From a virus (Duplodnaviria > Heunggongvirae > Uroviricota > Caudoviricetes), in the IMG/VR virus record IMGVR_UViG_3300029705_000031: a stretch of DNA of 64,000 nucleotides; one strand, written 5' to 3'. The position numbers were made by a program, and so were the translations under genes. The notes below the pieces were generated by a model. The model ran no database searches. It was not told the origin of the DNA and saw only the letters and a list, made by a program, of their open reading frames with translations. Shown here in pieces: positions 1 through 11,945 of the stretch. Position 1 is the first letter of the stretch, and each line of letters starts with the position of its first letter.

Positions 1-38
1 ATAGTAATCCTGATGTAACATCTAGTTATGAGGATACT

Positions 39-3000
39 ATGTTAATATCACCTGAATACTCAATATATAATAATTCAGAAACTAATTGTAAGCTAAATGA
101 TTTATTTACCTTCACTAGCAATATTTATTATATGAGTGATAAAGATGTTGAAGGTCTTACTGAAAAAACAAAAAATACAATTATCTTAGCTGCACTTAGA
201 AAAATCTTAGATGATCGTAAAATTCCTTATAAAGAAACTGACTATTTAGTTAATGTTAAATATGACAGTAATAATGAAATAAAATCTTATGATTTAGTTA
301 TTGATAATTTACTAAACTTAGTTTTAAATACTAATCCTCTAACTAAAAATGATCTACATGATGGTAAGGATGAAACTTTTAGAAGTTTACAAAGTGAAAT
401 TATTAGTCTAAAAGCTTATGTAAATGAATATGTAGTTAATGAAACTAAATATTCTGGTAATAAGTATTTTATGAAGAATGGTAAAGCTAATTATTCTGGT
501 TATAGTTTAGCTACTGTAATTCCTCATAATACTGGATTAATGCCTGCTAGTATTATTATAAATAATGTAAATCCTGACAGTATTATTGATACTGGAGATG
601 TTTATGTAAAATCAGATACTAAAAATATTTACGTTTATAATACTGGAAAAAATCGTTCTGAATTTGAATTCACTATTATATTTGATACTGGTGATTATTT
701 AGAATTTCCTAAAGATAAATCTTTTGAAGAGTTTATAGAAATTTGTATCAATAGTATTAAAAAAATAAAACTAGATAATTCTCTCATTAGACAAAAAAAT
801 GGAAAGATTATTATACATTTATTAGATATTAATAATGAGTCTTTATTCCATAAATTTGACTTCTTAGTTATTACTAATAATGAAACTAAAGAAGATTCTT
901 ATTATAGAGTTGATGATGCTGAATTATTTGAATATAATGAAGTAGATAAAACACTTACTATAATCTCTGATAAAGTTAAAGTTAGTTTAAAAGATACTTT
1001 TTATATTACTGCGATGCATATTGATGATGCTCCTATAATGTATCTATTAAACCAATTATTAATGAACCCTAATTTTTATATTCAGCCTGTTGTAAATTTC
1101 TTAGATTTAATATTTAAACCTACAGATTTTGAATTTGAAGAGTATAAAAAAGTATTAGGTGTTGAAGCCGTTGAATCTTTAATACAAAATGAAGAAGTAA
1201 GATTTGTAAATTTATCTTCTTATGATGTTACTGAAGATGATATTTTATTTGTTAATGGATTAGCATATTCATTAGTTGATAATGATCATTTTAAATTATT
1301 CTATTTAACTAATGAAGCTAAAATTACTAAAAGAATTCTTATTATTTCTAACTTTAATATCAATAATCTTGACGATATTTACGTTAGTAGACTTACTACT
1401 CTGATTAATCCTTTTGATATGGAAGATGATGAAAACGACTCTTCTTATAACTTTGATAAATATGTTTATTTAACTGAAAAATCTTCTTTCGGTCATAATT
1501 ACTTTAAATCTAATGTTATGCCTAATGAAGATGAAATTAAAAAATCTAATGTAGATAATGTTATAGATAATTATAGAGAATTTAAGAAAACTGGTTATTT
1601 TACTAGAGAAGATTTTGTTTCAACTATAAATCGTTATTTTGCTCAAAGCTATGTAAATATGACAGATATTGATTTAAACGTTGATAGATTTTTAAATAAT
1701 TCTATTGATAGTTTTACTTTTGAGCAAGTTATAAGTAACTATACTCTTTCTAACGAATATGAGACATTAGTTAAGAATTATATAGATAAAAAAATAAGTT
1801 TAAATGATTTTAAAGATAGTCTGCCTGAAGATGTTAGTTATAGAAATCTATTAGCTAAATATTATACTGTCGTTTATTTAAATTCTATTAAAAAAGAAAA
1901 GAAATTAATTGAATATAAAGATAGTTATAAAGTCAATGGAGCTTTAATTGTTAAAGCATGTAATGAATATTTTAATGAAGATTTATCAGAAGAAGAATTT
2001 AGATCAAAATTATATAGCAGTAATCTTGATCCTGATAATGTATATTTTAATTATCTAACATATAAACTTCTAGATGATGAATTTTCTGAAAATATGGAAG
2101 AAAATATTAATATCTATAAGTCTTATATAGAAAAATATAACTTATTTGATAGTATTTCAGAAGAAGTATATCCTTTTGATTCTTCATCTAGAATGTTTAA
2201 TAAACATCCTTTAACTAATAGAATTGAAGGTTTCCATTCTCATCACGCACATCATAATTGTGAGTATGATGATGAAAATCAAACTACTTATGATGATACT
2301 TATATGTATGTAGATTGCTATAATGGTAAACATGGTTTTACTACTAAATCTGTCATTCAAAATAGATATTGTATCGTTTCACATAAGCTTGGAAAAACAC
2401 CTAATTTTGTTAACATTAATCCTTTTGCTAATGATATTGAATCTGAAGAAGGAAAATTTGTTGGAAATATTTGGTGGGAAGCAGATGATGAAAATATTTA
2501 TGTTTATAATGATGGTAATTCTACTTGTGAATTTGAATGGTTTGCTACTTATGATGAAAATTGTAAAGTAGAGACTCATGAATATGAGGAACTTTTAGAT
2601 TTTAATAAGAAGGATTATCTATTCTATAACATAACCCACTCTCCTATAACCAAATTAGGATATTATGGTAAAGATTATTTAGAGTATGATAAAGATAAGA
2701 AATTATTAGCTGTTCATAATGCAAATCCCAATAATGTATCTTACAACTATAATTTATCTTATGTTATTGGCAAACACATAACTAATAAAAAGTTTTTAGA
2801 ATATTCTGAAGATTTTACTTATAATCAAGATGGATACTTTGATAAAAATTCAGAGGTTCCTCCTACTGGTAAAGAAATCATTAATTATTCTGGTGAATTT
2901 AGATCTACTAAAGGCACTTTTTATGGAAATGGTATAGCACAATATTTACCAATTAGTGATTTTGATAAATTTGAAACTGGTGATATTGTTTCTTATGTAG

Positions 3001-3323
3001 ACGGTGTATGTAAATTAGCTGATGCTAAAAATAAAGATACTGTCATTGGTGTAATAGCTGACAAAGACAATATAGCTTTGTATATAGATAATTATACAAC
3101 TAATAAAGAACTTGTTTCTTTATTTGGCATTCAAAATGTTAAAGTAATAGGAGATATATCTGCAGGTGATAAATTAGGCTTATTAACTGATAATCCTGAT
3201 TTAAAAGGCGTAGCTACTTCAGGTAATGGTTATGTTGATAATTGTTACATTGGTAAAGCATTAGAAAGTTATTCAAGTGAAGATACAGTTAAAACTATTA
3301 AAGTATTATTAACATTGGTATAA
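39..3323 (+). CDS. large hypothetical protein (1094 aa), probable virion structural protein; contains a His-rich patch (HSHHAHHN)
   Basis: long uninterrupted ORF, GAGGA RBS 6 nt upstream of ATG, no recognisable catalytic motifs, followed by bidirectional hairpin terminator. Confidence 0.6.
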   Translation: MLISPEYSIYNNSETNCKLNDLFTFTSNIYYMSDKDVEGLTEKTKNTIILAALRKILDDRKIPYKETDYLVNVKYDSNNEIKSYDLVIDNLLNLVLNTNPLTKNDLHDGKDETFRSLQSEIISLKAYVNEYVVNETKYSGNKYFMKNGKANYSGYSLATVIPHNTGLMPASIIINNVNPDSIIDTGDVYVKSDTKNIYVYNTGKNRSEFEFTIIFDTGDYLEFPKDKSFEEFIEICINSIKKIKLDNSLIRQKNGKIIIHLLDINNESLFHKFDFLVITNNETKEDSYYRVDDAELFEYNEVDKTLTIISDKVKVSLKDTFYITAMHIDDAPIMYLLNQLLMNPNFYIQPVVNFLDLIFKPTDFEFEEYKKVLGVEAVESLIQNEEVRFVNLSSYDVTEDDILFVNGLAYSLVDNDHFKLFYLTNEAKITKRILIISNFNINNLDDIYVSRLTTLINPFDMEDDENDSSYNFDKYVYLTEKSSFGHNYFKSNVMPNEDEIKKSNVDNVIDNYREFKKTGYFTREDFVSTINRYFAQSYVNMTDIDLNVDRFLNNSIDSFTFEQVISNYTLSNEYETLVKNYIDKKISLNDFKDSLPEDVSYRNLLAKYYTVVYLNSIKKEKKLIEYKDSYKVNGALIVKACNEYFNEDLSEEEFRSKLYSSNLDPDNVYFNYLTYKLLDDEFSENMEENINIYKSYIEKYNLFDSISEEVYPFDSSSRMFNKHPLTNRIEGFHSHHAHHNCEYDDENQTTYDDTYMYVDCYNGKHGFTTKSVIQNRYCIVSHKLGKTPNFVNINPFANDIESEEGKFVGNIWWEADDENIYVYNDGNSTCEFEWFATYDENCKVETHEYEELLDFNKKDYLFYNITHSPITKLGYYGKDYLEYDKDKKLLAVHNANPNNVSYNYNLSYVIGKHITNKKFLEYSEDFTYNQDGYFDKNSEVPPTGKEIINYSGEFRSTKGTFYGNGIAQYLPISDFDKFETGDIVSYVDGVCKLADAKNKDTVIGVIADKDNIALYIDNYTTNKELVSLFGIQNVKVIGDISAGDKLGLLTDNPDLKGVATSGNGYVDNCYIGKALESYSSEDTVKTIKVLLTLV

Positions 3324-3328
3324 TAAAA

Positions 3329-3366
3329 AACCGTATAAGACAATTAAGTCTTATACGGTTTTTTTT
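3329..3366. terminator. bidirectional rho-independent terminator between convergent genes
   Basis: stem aaccgtataagac / gtcttatacggtt with A-run upstream and T-run downstream. Confidence 0.7.
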
Positions 3367-4738
3367 AATTAAGTATATCTAACTGATTAAAAATTCTAGT
3401 AATATCAATATAAGGATTGTAAGAATTTAACTCCATAGTTAAAGCTCTTTCATCACCAATTTTTTGATCATCCCATCCATAATACCAATTACCAGGTGCA
3501 GGATTATCTGATAATTCTAATGGATCTGTTTCATTAGAGATGACAAAAATATTAGCATATTCACCAATTTTAAATGCAAAGAAAGCTAACCAAAGTTTAG
3601 TATTTACAGTTGTTCCATATATAGCGTTACAGAATTCATTAAATGTAGTTATATTTGAATCATTACCAACATAAACTTTAGCAGCATCTTTATATTCTTC
3701 CCAGTTATTAGAATTTAAAGTAAATAATCTAGAAGAATTATTTTTGATATCTAGAATAATACGAACTTTTCCGTTGTCAGTATATTTAAATATGGCTGTT
3801 AGATTCTTATTTAAAATACTACTTATGTTAGTCCAGTCATAACTGTCTATTAATAGGTTATTATTATAAGGATTTTTACCTATACTTTTACCTACATTGT
3901 TTAGGAAAGAAATATTATATAATGAACGATAATACAGTTTGTTTGTAATTCCATAAGAACTATATCTTACAGTTACTTTATCAGAATTATCTTCATCTAT
4001 TTCATAAAAATCGTTTATATTATTGAAAATTTCTCTATTTAAAGTACCTTCATATTGTACATAATCATTACCATTTTGTAAATAATAGGTTTTTAGACAA
4101 TCAAATTCAGTAGATTTTTTATATTCAGTTTCAATATCAAAATCATTTTCTATCCATGTAAATGTTCTATTGTCTTCATCTAGACTGAAACATTCATTAT
4201 CATAATGAACGCCATTAATATAAATAGAAACAGAATCGGAATGTATAGGAGTACATGATATGGTAAATGTTTGACCTGTGAATAATTTATCTTCATATGA
4301 ATAAAAACTTACGATGTCTTTATCTTCAATGAATTCTTCAATTGCATTACGAAGATTTATAAGTTCACTTTGAAAAGCTTCAGTTTTTTCAAAACTAGTA
4401 CTTGCTTTATTCCATGCATTAAATAATGCTTCATAAAAGTTACTACCAATTAAACTTAATCGTCTTACTAGATCAGGATTTAATTCTTCATTACCAATAA
4501 TTCTATTAAATCTATCAATAAAATCATGATTTGTATCTCGAACTGCGGTAGTGATAGAAAATATATCATTGATAGCACCTATAACAGTTTTACTCTCAGT
4601 ATTTAAACCCTTACTAAGATCTGGATTAATAGTACTATTCTGTAAATAAGGATTATTCTCAGTAGAAATAGCAAATAACTTTTTTTGTAATGCATATATT
4701 TCATTAAGTTCTTGAGTAGTTAATTCATTAATTGACAT
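3365..4738 (-). CDS. hypothetical protein (457 aa), probable structural module
   Basis: long ORF, first of a co-oriented minus-strand block with short intergenic gaps. Confidence 0.6.
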   Translation of the reverse strand: MSINELTTQELNEIYALQKKLFAISTENNPYLQNSTINPDLSKGLNTESKTVIGAINDIFSITTAVRDTNHDFIDRFNRIIGNEELNPDLVRRLSLIGSNFYEALFNAWNKASTSFEKTEAFQSELINLRNAIEEFIEDKDIVSFYSYEDKLFTGQTFTISCTPIHSDSVSIYINGVHYDNECFSLDEDNRTFTWIENDFDIETEYKKSTEFDCLKTYYLQNGNDYVQYEGTLNREIFNNINDFYEIDEDNSDKVTVRYSSYGITNKLYYRSLYNISFLNNVGKSIGKNPYNNNLLIDSYDWTNISSILNKNLTAIFKYTDNGKVRIILDIKNNSSRLFTLNSNNWEEYKDAAKVYVGNDSNITTFNEFCNAIYGTTVNTKLWLAFFAFKIGEYANIFVISNETDPLELSDNPAPGNWYYGWDDQKIGDERALTMELNSYNPYIDITRIFNQLDILN

Positions 4739-4754
4739 AGCTTATCACCACCTA

Positions 4755-5753
4755 TTAATATTCGTATTTATTTAATTTAAAAATATATCTAGTACGAGCA
4801 ACATTATCAAATGTAAATCTAGAAGCTTCTGCATTATATAGAACTTTACCGCAAACTGGTTCTTTTCTATCAGTATCATCAGGTCTTGCCTTATCACTAT
4901 AGTCGCCTAAATTTCTAAAAACATATGTTTTTGAAAAATTATTTTTCTCTAAAATATTAATAAGCTCATTCTGATAGTATGTTTCATCAAAGTAATAAAG
5001 ATTTTCTCTATCAACTTTCCATGTAGAATAATCATAGTTTTCTTTATTCCATAATGTATAAACACCATTAGTTATATAATAGTAATCTAAATCACTATTA
5101 AAATCATTAGTAACTGGTAAATAGAATAAAGGAAGATAAGACTCAGCAGGACGATCATATATCCAAAGTTCAACACAATTGCTAGAGAAATCATTTAATT
5201 CATAATTTTCTCCATACCAATCTTCCCATGATATAGTTTTTTCACTACTTGCTGACTTATTTTTAACATCTTTTAAATAAAGTATTTTATCAGCAAATAG
5301 CACGATATACATAGACCATTTAATTTTTCTTAAATTACCATTATAATCTGTAGTATAATCAGATTTATCACCAGCATTTAATAGTAACCAATAAATTTTC
5401 TCTTTTAATTCTTCAGATAAATTATCAATGCCAATTAAATCGGTCTTTTTCATATATGTTTTTTCAGAATATTCCTCATGGTTATCTATACGTTGATTTA
5501 AATGCTCTAGTTCAGTTTCATAACTTTTTCCTAAAATCTCTAAATCACCATTTAGAATATTTTCTATATTTTCATATTTATCAGATAATTCATCAAATTT
5601 TTGTTTAAAAGCAACATTTATTTGATGTTTTACATTACTATCTAATTTATCAAAATCTCTAATAATTCTCTTTAATTGTGAACCATCTTTTATTTGACAA
5701 AGATCAATTAAAGATCCAAGATTTTTTTCATGTTCATGTCTTTTTTCTATCAA
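4755..5753 (-). CDS. hypothetical protein (332 aa)
   Basis: ORF tightly packed in minus-strand block. Confidence 0.6.
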   Translation of the reverse strand: MIEKRHEHEKNLGSLIDLCQIKDGSQLKRIIRDFDKLDSNVKHQINVAFKQKFDELSDKYENIENILNGDLEILGKSYETELEHLNQRIDNHEEYSEKTYMKKTDLIGIDNLSEELKEKIYWLLLNAGDKSDYTTDYNGNLRKIKWSMYIVLFADKILYLKDVKNKSASSEKTISWEDWYGENYELNDFSSNCVELWIYDRPAESYLPLFYLPVTNDFNSDLDYYYITNGVYTLWNKENYDYSTWKVDRENLYYFDETYYQNELINILEKNNFSKTYVFRNLGDYSDKARPDDTDRKEPVCGKVLYNAEASRFTFDNVARTRYIFKLNKYEY

Positions 5754-5848
5754 AATTCTTAACCCCCTTCTTTATAAAAATAAAAAAAGTTGTTAGAATG
5801 ATAGTTAATAGTTATCTATCAAACTAACAACATTCTTAAAAATTCTAA

Positions 5849-7441
5849 TTATTTGTTATTAGGGTTAAAATTCTCATTTTCAGAATATAAAACATCATAA
5901 ACAACAGTTACATCAAAATCAGATTGTATATCAAAACCATTATCCATTTCAAGATAATCCCAAATTAAAATAGGAGTTACATTATCTTTTAAATAATAGT
6001 AGAAATACGTATCATTTTTATATGCAACACCATTGATAAATAGTTTAATACTACTTTCAATAGGTTTATATTTAAGTTCGAAATAAGGTCTTAATACGCC
6101 TTCAATTTCAATTTGTTTATATTCAGTAATAGTATCTTTATAATTAGAATAAACTAAACCAACTTTTTCTTGTAGCTTATTTAATTCATCTTCAGCTTTT
6201 TTAGCATCCATTTTGTATTTGTTAATTAATTTATTAGCAATACCAGTTAATTCATCATGTGGCATAGAATAGATATTTCCATCTAAATCTCCAGTATAGA
6301 AGTTAATACAAGAAATTTTAGATCCTTCACAAATAGTAGTGAATAGGTCATGATTCATTCCATAAACTTCATGAGGCATCATAAATCTTAACGATTTTTT
6401 ATCAGGATTAATAAGGAAAGTTTCATTAATTCCATTATAGGTTATCATACCTTCAGCTACAGAAGATGGGAAATAAACCATAGCATGTTTTTTATCAATC
6501 TGGAATAAACCAACTAATTTTTGTTGTTTTAAAACACCTTGATTTTTATTTTCATTAACAAATCTTACCATCTTAATATCGTTAATATCAAAATTAGAAG
6601 AATTACCAAAATCAATATCTAATATACGAATTAAATAATCATTTTGTTTATTAATTTCATAAAAATACATAACTGAATTATAAAATAATACACAACCAGA
6701 ATCTACAGGTTCAGACATTTGGATCCATTCGCCATTTCTACTAGATGCATAGAATTCATTTTCTTTAGTTACATGTGCCCAAGTATAAGGAATAATGTTG
6801 TAATACTCTCTATTTTCTTTAGGATCGAATATTTTAACACTGCCATCATCTTCTAAAATAGGAAGACCATATTTATCATATTTCTTGGGGAATTCTACTC
6901 CATCTTCCTCATAGTAAGTTATGATAATTCCATCTTTTTTGATTTTATAAGGATAATAACATCCATTAAATATTACGAGAGCATTAGAAACATCAGCTTT
7001 AAAGTTTACATCTAATCTATATTTTCTAGCCCCATCAATTATATCATAGTATAACTTCATTTCAAAATTTACTGGTTTAAGAGATAATCTAGATTTAACT
7101 GCAGATGGACTATCTAAACCATCTCTAGCTCCTATTAAATGTTTAAAACCATAAGCATCAATATATTCACAATCTGGCAGTAAATATAGTTCTTCATTGG
7201 TTAATTTTGGAGCATTTGTAATTTTATCAACGAAATGAATACCAATTTGAGATAGCATAGCTTTTCTATAGTTAATCCAACTAGATCTAGAATTTTTACA
7301 TTTATAATAAATCTCTTTAACATTAACTAACTGGGAGTTAATAGTACTATAATGTTCATTAAAATATTTTAGATGATAAGCTCTACAAAAACTATCTGAT
7401 TTAAACATAATAGTTTGACCGTCCATATATTCTTTATACAT
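5849..7441 (-). CDS. hypothetical protein (530 aa)
   Basis: ORF, 8-nt overlap with upstream gene suggests translational coupling. Confidence 0.6.
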   Translation of the reverse strand: MYKEYMDGQTIMFKSDSFCRAYHLKYFNEHYSTINSQLVNVKEIYYKCKNSRSSWINYRKAMLSQIGIHFVDKITNAPKLTNEELYLLPDCEYIDAYGFKHLIGARDGLDSPSAVKSRLSLKPVNFEMKLYYDIIDGARKYRLDVNFKADVSNALVIFNGCYYPYKIKKDGIIITYYEEDGVEFPKKYDKYGLPILEDDGSVKIFDPKENREYYNIIPYTWAHVTKENEFYASSRNGEWIQMSEPVDSGCVLFYNSVMYFYEINKQNDYLIRILDIDFGNSSNFDINDIKMVRFVNENKNQGVLKQQKLVGLFQIDKKHAMVYFPSSVAEGMITYNGINETFLINPDKKSLRFMMPHEVYGMNHDLFTTICEGSKISCINFYTGDLDGNIYSMPHDELTGIANKLINKYKMDAKKAEDELNKLQEKVGLVYSNYKDTITEYKQIEIEGVLRPYFELKYKPIESSIKLFINGVAYKNDTYFYYYLKDNVTPILIWDYLEMDNGFDIQSDFDVTVVYDVLYSENENFNPNNK

Positions 7442-7736
7442 TATAGTTTCCTCCCTTCTTCTCTAAAATAACAACATTATTTATGGATTTTTCTTCTTTT
7501 CCATTTTTACTATAAAATTTTAAAGTTACGGTACTACCAGGTTTATAAAATCCATAAATATAGTCGCCAAGTCTTCCATCTTTATCTTCACTATAAAGTA
7601 ATGTAGGCAAGGATAGGCCGTTAAAGTCATCCTCAACGGCCCATCTATTATATTTCTTACCTATTACATTATTTTTATCTAAAGAAAGTCTGGTTCCCAT
7701 AACGAAATTTTCAATATAAATAATGTAATTTTCCAT
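7434..7736 (-). CDS. hypothetical protein (100 aa)
   Basis: ORF overlapping start of downstream gene by 8 nt. Confidence 0.5.
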   Translation of the reverse strand: MENYIIYIENFVMGTRLSLDKNNVIGKKYNRWAVEDDFNGLSLPTLLYSEDKDGRLGDYIYGFYKPGSTVTLKFYSKNGKEEKSINNVVILEKKGGNYNV

Positions 7737-7758
7737 ATAGTATTAAACCATCCTTTCT

Positions 7759-10700
7759 TTAATTATCTATTTCTATTTCATTATTATTGATGGTATTAAT
7801 AACAGCAGTATTGTCAACTTTAACAATATCTACATCTATAACATAGATATTGTTACTTTCAGATCTATAACAATAACGGTTTAAACCACATCTTAAAATA
7901 TCCAATGTAGTTTCAAAATTAGATTCACGTTTCTTTAACTGGAATTCTATGTCATTACCACTAGCAGAAATATCAGTTTTATAACTAGCTTCAGGTCTTA
8001 ATTCAACTACTGATTCAATAATTTCATTTTCAGGTATAATAGGTTCGATAATCAGCCAGTTTTCATCTTCATAAGTTATATCATCGATATATACTCTAGA
8101 AATATCTAACATTTCATATTTGAAATAATCAAATTCACTATTAGTATAACTGCCTTCAGGAACATGTAATTCAATTATCTTATTAATACCTTCAATATCA
8201 AAGAAGAGATCAAGACTAATCTTACCATTTCTAATGGATTTTTCAATATACTTATTAATAGTTTGGACATTACCAGTACTAGTTTTAAAGTTTTTGAAAC
8301 AAACATAGATATACTGAGCCATACTATTTTTAGTATAGTTATTATTTTCATTAACTAACTGAGTATTGTATTTTACAATAGTGTTACCATTGATATCTTT
8401 TAAAGCAGCATTAGTAAAATCTATTTTAGAATACTCTTCATTTAAAGCTAGTTTATTAATAGCTATAGTATAACCATCCATTATATTACCAGTAAAGATA
8501 CCTTTAGCTGCAATACGAATATCATTAACATCCATAACTACAAATAGTAACTGCTGTACAAATTCTTTAGTTTCTTTATTATAGAAATCAACAGCTACTA
8601 CTTCATTTTTATTTAATACACCAATGGTCATGACACCTTCAGCATTAGTTAATTCAGCCTGACCAATAGACATATAAACACCATCAAGATTCTTTATTGA
8701 ATAATAGAAGAAGTTATCATCATCTTTATACTTATTAATAAAGTTTTCATCTAAAGTAGCAGTTAAATTATCATAATAAATAATCTGGTGATTATTCTTA
8801 ACATTATTGTTAAGTAATTTAATAGTAACATCAGTATAATCTTCAGTTAAGGTTTCAATAGGATCACCAGTCTTGGTATCATCATTAAATACATAGAGTC
8901 TTAATATATATTCTTTATCTAATACTAATCCAGTAATATAATCAGCTCTGGAAGATTCTTTATCTAATATATCATCTCTAAAAACATATACGTCAACAGT
9001 ATCGGTAGTTACTTTTTGAATCTGGTTATTATTATAAGTAGCATAAATATCAAGATTAGTTATAATTTCTCCATCAACTAAATAGCTATTGGGAATTACA
9101 TCTAATTTTTTAATTCTCTTACTAGAAACAGGAGATACAAGAATAGACTTGGTATCATAAATATGATCACAATAAATAGCTGAAATTATATAAGAGCCTT
9201 CAGAATCGACTATACCTTCATCATATTTAATAGAACCATCAAAATTAGTTAGAGTTCTAGTATATTCTTCTTCAGTTAGAATTCTCTCATTACCATTTTC
9301 ATAATGAGCAATAACTCTAATAGAATTAAAGATATTATCATTTAAAGTAAAGATATTAGTGTTACTTACAATTCTAATAGATTCGACTTCAATAGCAACT
9401 ACTTCCATAGTAATAGAATCAGAAATTAAATTTCCATTTTCACCTTGATTGAATGTAGCAGTTACATATTGTTTGCCTACATTTACAGTATCAAAATCAG
9501 GTAATTCTTCACCAAATTCATTCTTAAATGTATAATCACAATATTCAGTAATATCAATGTAATCTTCATCAGAATAATAACCTAATACTCTGAAGATAGG
9601 ATAGATATTTTGTTTAATCTTTTGGTCAGATGCATTAGTAGTACTGATAGAAATTTTCTTAAATCTACCATAATAGATATCATCAGTAGTTTCTACTTTT
9701 CTATTAGTATCTAATTTTTCATCTTTAACAATTTTTAACCAACTATTCTTAATTTCATTATTCTCATCTACATTCTTTAACTGAGTGTAGATATTTTCTC
9801 TAACTTCATTAGGATATCTAGTCATGTTAATAATTGCTTTAGCATAATCAGACCAGTTTATTTCAGAATAAATTTCAGCATCTTTTAAAGTAATATGTTG
9901 ATCATCAATCTTTAAATAACGATTGATAATAGAGCGTTTATTACATACAGGAACACGTACACGTCCAAGGTATACTTCAATATAATCTTCACAGATAGGT
10001 ACGCTGTATTCATCTAAATCAATGATACCGTATGAGAAATTAGTTTGTACGGAAGATTCTTCTAAAAATACTAATTCATCTATTATATCGCTATAGTCAT
10101 CAGTATATTTAGTAAACATTACTCCATCAAATACTTTAATTCCATTAATAATAATTTTATTATTTTCTACTAAACTCTTTACATAGAGAGAAAAATCTAA
10201 ATATCTATCATTATTTACAAATTCAAAACTATCATTAGGAATAAATGCTTCATCAATTAAAATGCTATCTACTTCGTCTACAACAATTTCTTCATATTTA
10301 CCAATTTCAGGATTAGATTCTAAAATTTTTTCTATAGCAGCAATTGCAATATCGGTATTTTTAATGACTCTATAGAAACGTTCAAACATGTCTCTATTAT
10401 TACGATAACGATGTTCTTCATATTCATCTTTATAGAGAACACATTTAATAGTATCAAGAATAACTAAATCAGTATTATTAGGAATTCTTTCAATATTGAT
10501 TAAATTTTGGAATTCTTGATTAAAAGCTACATAGTCAGTAATCTTATCTAAATTATGTTTGCAGTAGAAATTATAGGTATCATCAATATTTTTATTTCTA
10601 AAGACAACCTTAGAATTAGGTTTAAGAATACCGATAAATTGAATGTACTGATTACGATCTTCATCATTAACAAAAATGTAATCTACATTATTAATAAGTC

Positions 10701-11928
10701 TATAACCATCAACATAAACTTCTACATCGTTGATAGATTTTACAGGAAGAGGTAAAGAACAACCTGCAACTTTTCTACTATTATCAACTAGAGGAAGAAT
10801 AATATGATTATTTGCATCATATTTAATATATTCTTCATCTTCCAGTTCAGTAGTATTAATAAATTCACATTCAACATGCTTTTTTCTATTAATGATTAAA
10901 TATACATCGTTTTTATTTAAATTATCTTCACTCAGATCTAGAATAAGTAATTTTCTGTAATTAAAAGGAATAAATCCCCAATTATCTACATTAGAAGTTT
11001 CTCTAGTTTCTAGAGCAAATAGAATATCACCTGCATTACAAGTAAAGTTACCATAAGTACCAGCAACTAATACTTTATAAGCTTCATTTTTCTTTACATT
11101 TTCTAAAGGTAAAGATATAATATCTGAGCCAGATCCAATCTTACCAATAGTACCTTTAAAAGTTAAAGCATCTACAAAAGGAATATATTCTTTAATAAAA
11201 GCTTTAGTATTTAATTGGAAGTATTGCTCATCTTTTTCTAAAGAAGATTTCTTAAAAATAAGTAAATTTTCTAAAACAGCAATATCTTCATCTTCATCTA
11301 AAATTTCACCATATCTACCAACATCTTGTTTCTTAATCGTATAAGTTTTAGTATTAACATTATCAATACTTATAGTAGTATAGAAAGAATTACATCTAGG
11401 TTCTTTACGAATTACTACACTGATAATATCTCCAACATTTACTTTGTTTTCATCAATCAAGAAACGTCTACCACCAGTTTTAAAGTTATAAACTTTATCA
11501 CTAGGCATTTCAATATAGTTTTTCTTAGATAATTTTATACCATTTACAAAAACATCAGAGTAGAAATCATAGTTATCTGATGCTAAAGAACTATCGGTAC
11601 AAACAATTAGAATTTTATCGCCATTACCAAAGTTTAGGTAAACAGAGTCATTATTGAAAATATTTTTATAGAGTAATTTTTGTTTAGTTTCAACACTATC
11701 AATATAAACATCGGTTTGATAAACAATGTTTGAAGAAGCTTTTAAGTATCTTCTTATATAGTCAGGATCTTCTTTAATGATCTTATCAAAAGTTTCTTTT
11801 AGTTCTTTTCTAGTAGCGTAGGGGGTAATTTGTTTTTTTAAAGCATCTATAGTAGAGATACTAGTATCTCTATTTTTCATTGCCTCCATAACAATGGAAT
11901 CAAAAGTAACTGACATTCGTTTCAACAC
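7759..11928 (-). CDS. very large hypothetical protein (1389 aa), probable virion structural/baseplate-fibre protein
   Basis: 4.2-kb uninterrupted ORF in AT-rich DNA where stops are frequent; no catalytic motifs seen. Confidence 0.6.
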   Translation of the reverse strand: MLKRMSVTFDSIVMEAMKNRDTSISTIDALKKQITPYATRKELKETFDKIIKEDPDYIRRYLKASSNIVYQTDVYIDSVETKQKLLYKNIFNNDSVYLNFGNGDKILIVCTDSSLASDNYDFYSDVFVNGIKLSKKNYIEMPSDKVYNFKTGGRRFLIDENKVNVGDIISVVIRKEPRCNSFYTTISIDNVNTKTYTIKKQDVGRYGEILDEDEDIAVLENLLIFKKSSLEKDEQYFQLNTKAFIKEYIPFVDALTFKGTIGKIGSGSDIISLPLENVKKNEAYKVLVAGTYGNFTCNAGDILFALETRETSNVDNWGFIPFNYRKLLILDLSEDNLNKNDVYLIINRKKHVECEFINTTELEDEEYIKYDANNHIILPLVDNSRKVAGCSLPLPVKSINDVEVYVDGYRLINNVDYIFVNDEDRNQYIQFIGILKPNSKVVFRNKNIDDTYNFYCKHNLDKITDYVAFNQEFQNLINIERIPNNTDLVILDTIKCVLYKDEYEEHRYRNNRDMFERFYRVIKNTDIAIAAIEKILESNPEIGKYEEIVVDEVDSILIDEAFIPNDSFEFVNNDRYLDFSLYVKSLVENNKIIINGIKVFDGVMFTKYTDDYSDIIDELVFLEESSVQTNFSYGIIDLDEYSVPICEDYIEVYLGRVRVPVCNKRSIINRYLKIDDQHITLKDAEIYSEINWSDYAKAIINMTRYPNEVRENIYTQLKNVDENNEIKNSWLKIVKDEKLDTNRKVETTDDIYYGRFKKISISTTNASDQKIKQNIYPIFRVLGYYSDEDYIDITEYCDYTFKNEFGEELPDFDTVNVGKQYVTATFNQGENGNLISDSITMEVVAIEVESIRIVSNTNIFTLNDNIFNSIRVIAHYENGNERILTEEEYTRTLTNFDGSIKYDEGIVDSEGSYIISAIYCDHIYDTKSILVSPVSSKRIKKLDVIPNSYLVDGEIITNLDIYATYNNNQIQKVTTDTVDVYVFRDDILDKESSRADYITGLVLDKEYILRLYVFNDDTKTGDPIETLTEDYTDVTIKLLNNNVKNNHQIIYYDNLTATLDENFINKYKDDDNFFYYSIKNLDGVYMSIGQAELTNAEGVMTIGVLNKNEVVAVDFYNKETKEFVQQLLFVVMDVNDIRIAAKGIFTGNIMDGYTIAINKLALNEEYSKIDFTNAALKDINGNTIVKYNTQLVNENNNYTKNSMAQYIYVCFKNFKTSTGNVQTINKYIEKSIRNGKISLDLFFDIEGINKIIELHVPEGSYTNSEFDYFKYEMLDISRVYIDDITYEDENWLIIEPIIPENEIIESVVELRPEASYKTDISASGNDIEFQLKKRESNFETTLDILRCGLNRYCYRSESNNIYVIDVDIVKVDNTAVINTINNNEIEIDN

Positions 11929-11945
11929 CTTCCTTGCTCAATTTT

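Noticed and set aside
2323-2579. Short ORFs (82 and 66 aa) inside/antisense to the 1094-aa gene
   Set aside because: Fully embedded in a long, well-supported ORF; hydrophobic low-complexity translations; no RBS
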